Shown here piece by piece: positions 25,828-27,746 of a DNA stretch of 27,746 nt (its first letter is position 1; each line of letters opens with the position of its first letter). A program made the translations under genes and the position numbers. The notes under the pieces were generated by a model that was not told where the DNA came from, did not search any database, and saw only the letters and a list, made by a program, of their open reading frames with translations. The stretch is from a virus (Duplodnaviria > Caudoviricetes): positions 1 through 27,746 of IMG/VR virus record IMGVR_UViG_3300032226_000056; one strand, given 5' to 3'.

Positions 25828-26682
25828 ATGGCCGGTTCAACAACCACAACATTAAACGACCTGTTGCCAGCGATTACCGCTGAAGCAATGTTCGTAGCAA
25901 GCGAGAGAAGTATTATGCGTGGCCTCGTTAAAAATTACGCAATCCCAGCATCAAACGGTAAGACAATTACTGTGCCTATCTACCCAGTTCAATCAGCAGC
26001 CGCTGTGACTGAAGGTGATGAAGTATCCAACACTGAAGTTTCTACAAACGGTGTTACACTAACTGTTTCCACAGTTGCTATCCGCACTATGATCACTGAC
26101 TTAGTTCGTGCTTCAAGTGCAAGTAATGTGGTAGCAGATGTAGGCCGTTTATTCGGTGAAGCAATCGCTAAAAAGATTGACACAGACCTATTGGCTCTAT
26201 TCTCAAGTTTCGCAACAGGTGTAGGCGGTGCAAGCACAGCAATGTCAGCGGCTCTAGTAGCCAACGCAGTGGCTCGTCTTCGTGCTAATGCAGTGCCAGG
26301 CGATCAATTGGCCTGCGTATTGAACCCATATGTTGCATATGACTTGAAGTCAGCATTGACCAACACATTTGCTAACCCAAATGCTGGTATCATCCAAAAT
26401 GAAGCAATGCAGACTGGTTATGTTGGAACACTATTTGGTGTTCCAGTATTTGAATCCAGCAACATCGCTAACACTGGCACTGCTGGTGACTATGTTGGTG
26501 CCGTGTTCCACCGTGATGCACTAGGCCTAGCAATGATTGGCGATATCACAATCGAAACTCAGCGTCGTGCAAGTTTCGTTGGTGACGACATCGTGGCAAG
26601 TTGCCATTATGGTGTTGGCGAACTATATGACTTATACGGTGTTAAAATCACTGCAGACAGTTCATTAGTAGATCCAGCATAA
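25828..26682 (+). CDS. Major capsid protein (HK97 fold)
   Basis: 284 aa: GKTI-x-VP, EG, G-x-AIA-x-x-ID, V-x-x-P-x-x-x-x-DL, G-x-VG-x-x-x-GV-x-V-x-x-S, FH-x-x-AL and YGV motifs. AGGAG RBS; strong terminator behind it. Confidence 0.93.
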   Translation: MAGSTTTTLNDLLPAITAEAMFVASERSIMRGLVKNYAIPASNGKTITVPIYPVQSAAAVTEGDEVSNTEVSTNGVTLTVSTVAIRTMITDLVRASSASNVVADVGRLFGEAIAKKIDTDLLALFSSFATGVGGASTAMSAALVANAVARLRANAVPGDQLACVLNPYVAYDLKSALTNTFANPNAGIIQNEAMQTGYVGTLFGVPVFESSNIANTGTAGDYVGAVFHRDALGLAMIGDITIETQRRASFVGDDIVASCHYGVGELYDLYGVKITADSSLVDPA

Positions 26683-26710
26683 TCCAAATTAGTCTAACTA
26701 ATTAGATTGG

Positions 26711-26739
26711 AGAAAGGGCTCAAAAGGCCCTTTCTTTTT
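26711..26739 (+). terminator. Rho-independent terminator
   Basis: AGAAAGGGC-TCAAAAG-GCCCTTTCT followed by TTTT, after the capsid stop. Confidence 0.9.
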
Positions 26740-26774
26740 GGCTATCATTTCGGTAAGATTGAGTGAATAAATGC

Positions 26775-26803
26775 TTTACATAAATACAATATTGTAGTAT
26801 AAT
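26775..26803 (+). promoter_or_regulatory. Sigma70 promoter with a CATAAATA late-type box overlapping the -35 and spacer
   Basis: TTTACA 26775-26780, 17-nt spacer, TATAAT 26798-26803; ATG 6 nt later (leaderless geometry). Confidence 0.8.
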
Positions 26804-26809
26804 AATAAC

Positions 26810-26983
26810 ATGAACACAACAAAACAACTTCACAAATTATATCAAAACAGAGAACTGTTAGTGTTCATTAATGGTCAAGAATGGTTTAATGAGCAGATCA
26901 ATGCTTTACATAAAAAACAAGCAGACTTTAATCAAGAAGTTGTTATTGAAGCCGCAATATTTGAATTAGAAAATGGATACTAA
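26810..26983 (+). CDS. Hypothetical 57-aa protein
   Basis: MNTTKQLHKLYQNRELLVFINGQEW...ENGY*, directly after the promoter; below the ORF-track cutoff. Confidence 0.65.
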   Translation: MNTTKQLHKLYQNRELLVFINGQEWFNEQINALHKKQADFNQEVVIEAAIFELENGY

Positions 26984-26997
26984 ACAAGGAAAACAAT

Positions 26998-27156
26998 ATG
27001 AAAATTAAAATTTATCTAGACAAAGAAAAAACCAACGCAATCTATGACATGCCGTTAGCAGACTATCTCATCATAGTCAACAATGAAATGTTCAAGGAGC
27101 ATTGGCAGGTAATTGAGTATGGTGATTTGGTAATAACAAAAGGTGAAGCAGAATGA
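26998..27156 (+). CDS. Hypothetical 52-aa protein
   Basis: AAGGA RBS; MKIKIYLDKEK...KGEAE*; ATGA overlap with the next gene. Confidence 0.65.
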   Translation: MKIKIYLDKEKTNAIYDMPLADYLIIVNNEMFKEHWQVIEYGDLVITKGEAE

Positions 27157-27548
27157 AACAACTACAATCTCAATACAGTATTAAAATTGAAACCAAAGAC
27201 AGTGCATTTTCCTGTGCTTTAGATGAATTTGATGACATTGATGACAACACCATTAATGATGACAAGTCTCTCATTGAATTTGTTCAAAAGATACAGTCTG
27301 AAAGAACACAGAATAATTTAAGTTGGGTGGACATCAGGCCTTCACCGCATCAAGTTTTTGATATCTTAGATGAAGATGGTAATACATTATTTTCTTTTAA
27401 TTTTACCATTAGTAAAAAACAACAACGCAGTAAATTTGTTGATTACAGGATGACAAGATTTATAGGTAAGAATCGTCAAACTAATACTTGGCAGGAGGCT
27501 GCTTTTTCTCTAGAAGAAGAAGTTAAAAAGATTATGGAGACCGCATAA
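27153..27548 (+). CDS. Hypothetical protein
   Basis: 131 aa, coupled on both sides (ATGA, TAATG). Confidence 0.72.
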   Translation: MKQLQSQYSIKIETKDSAFSCALDEFDDIDDNTINDDKSLIEFVQKIQSERTQNNLSWVDIRPSPHQVFDILDEDGNTLFSFNFTISKKQQRSKFVDYRMTRFIGKNRQTNTWQEAAFSLEEEVKKIMETA

Positions 27549-27706
27549 TGAACACAAATGAAACAATGATGGAACAAATCCGTAGACTCAATGCTGAAGA
27601 ACAGATTAAACATCAAGCCAGAATGCAGGCAGCGTTAAATAGAATCAAAGAGCGTCGCGCTCTACAAAGACTAAAGGAACAGAATGAGTTACATTTACCT
27701 CAGTGA
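27548..27706 (+). CDS. Hypothetical 52-aa helical protein
   Basis: GGAG RBS, TAATG coupling; MNTNETMMEQIRRLNAEEQ...LHLPQ*. Confidence 0.6.
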   Translation: MNTNETMMEQIRRLNAEEQIKHQARMQAALNRIKERRALQRLKEQNELHLPQ

Positions 27707-27746
27707 ATACAATGGCACTAATAGAACAGCACAGGTATTCCGCAAA

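Noticed and set aside
139-26264. Many minus-strand ORFs in the track (e.g. 852-1418, 13341-13766, 14960-15658)
   Set aside because: They lie antisense to well-supported + strand genes, read as shadow frames and show no recognisable motifs.
26769-26778. T4 MotA box-like AAATGCTTTA
   Set aside because: It is 19 nt from the TATAAT, longer than middle-promoter spacing; a plain -35 TTTACA with 17-nt spacer explains the site.
9730-26786. TAAATA boxes as archaeal TATA boxes
   Set aside because: Some spacings (22-30 nt) would fit, but Shine-Dalgarno sequences lie between box and start codon. Three canonical 17-nt-spaced sigma70 promoters are also present. Judged less likely, not excluded.
1-27746. 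Alternative genetic code; apparent CG-dinucleotide scarcity
   Set aside because: Genes are intact under the standard code with TAA, TGA and TAG stops. CG scarcity is only an impression that I cannot quantify without counting.

Overview
A 27.7-kb segment of a tailed dsDNA phage with a long non-contractile (siphovirus-type) tail. Every credible gene is on the + strand. Order: end of a tail-completion gene; tail assembly chaperone with a -1 frameshift extension; tape measure; distal tail; hub; GNAT-like protein; 1371-aa tail tip; two tip-associated proteins; holin-like peptide; an island of small non-structural genes with sigma70 promoters and two structured non-coding regions; a fibre module (two fibres, a bead-like subunit, a tandem-LamG adhesin, a 20-aa-repeat rope protein, an adaptor); ParB-N protein plus TET-associated-type glycosyltransferase; TerS; TerL; portal with a HiPIP-like C-terminal domain; a 19-aa Gly/Lys/Arg peptide; scaffold; major capsid protein; terminator; a second small-gene island. 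I recognise no polymerase, helicase, primase, integrase, sigma factor or endolysin. Top leads: (1) T4-late-type TAAATA boxes in front of many genes of a phage with no visible gp55/gp33/clamp, suggesting dependence on a T4-like helper; (2) a modular rope-and-bead fibre system whose short peptide motifs are reused on tail-tip proteins; (3) a portal-HiPIP fusion; (4) a ~420-nt densely base-paired non-coding element. All family assignments are by-eye motif recognition; no database search was run.
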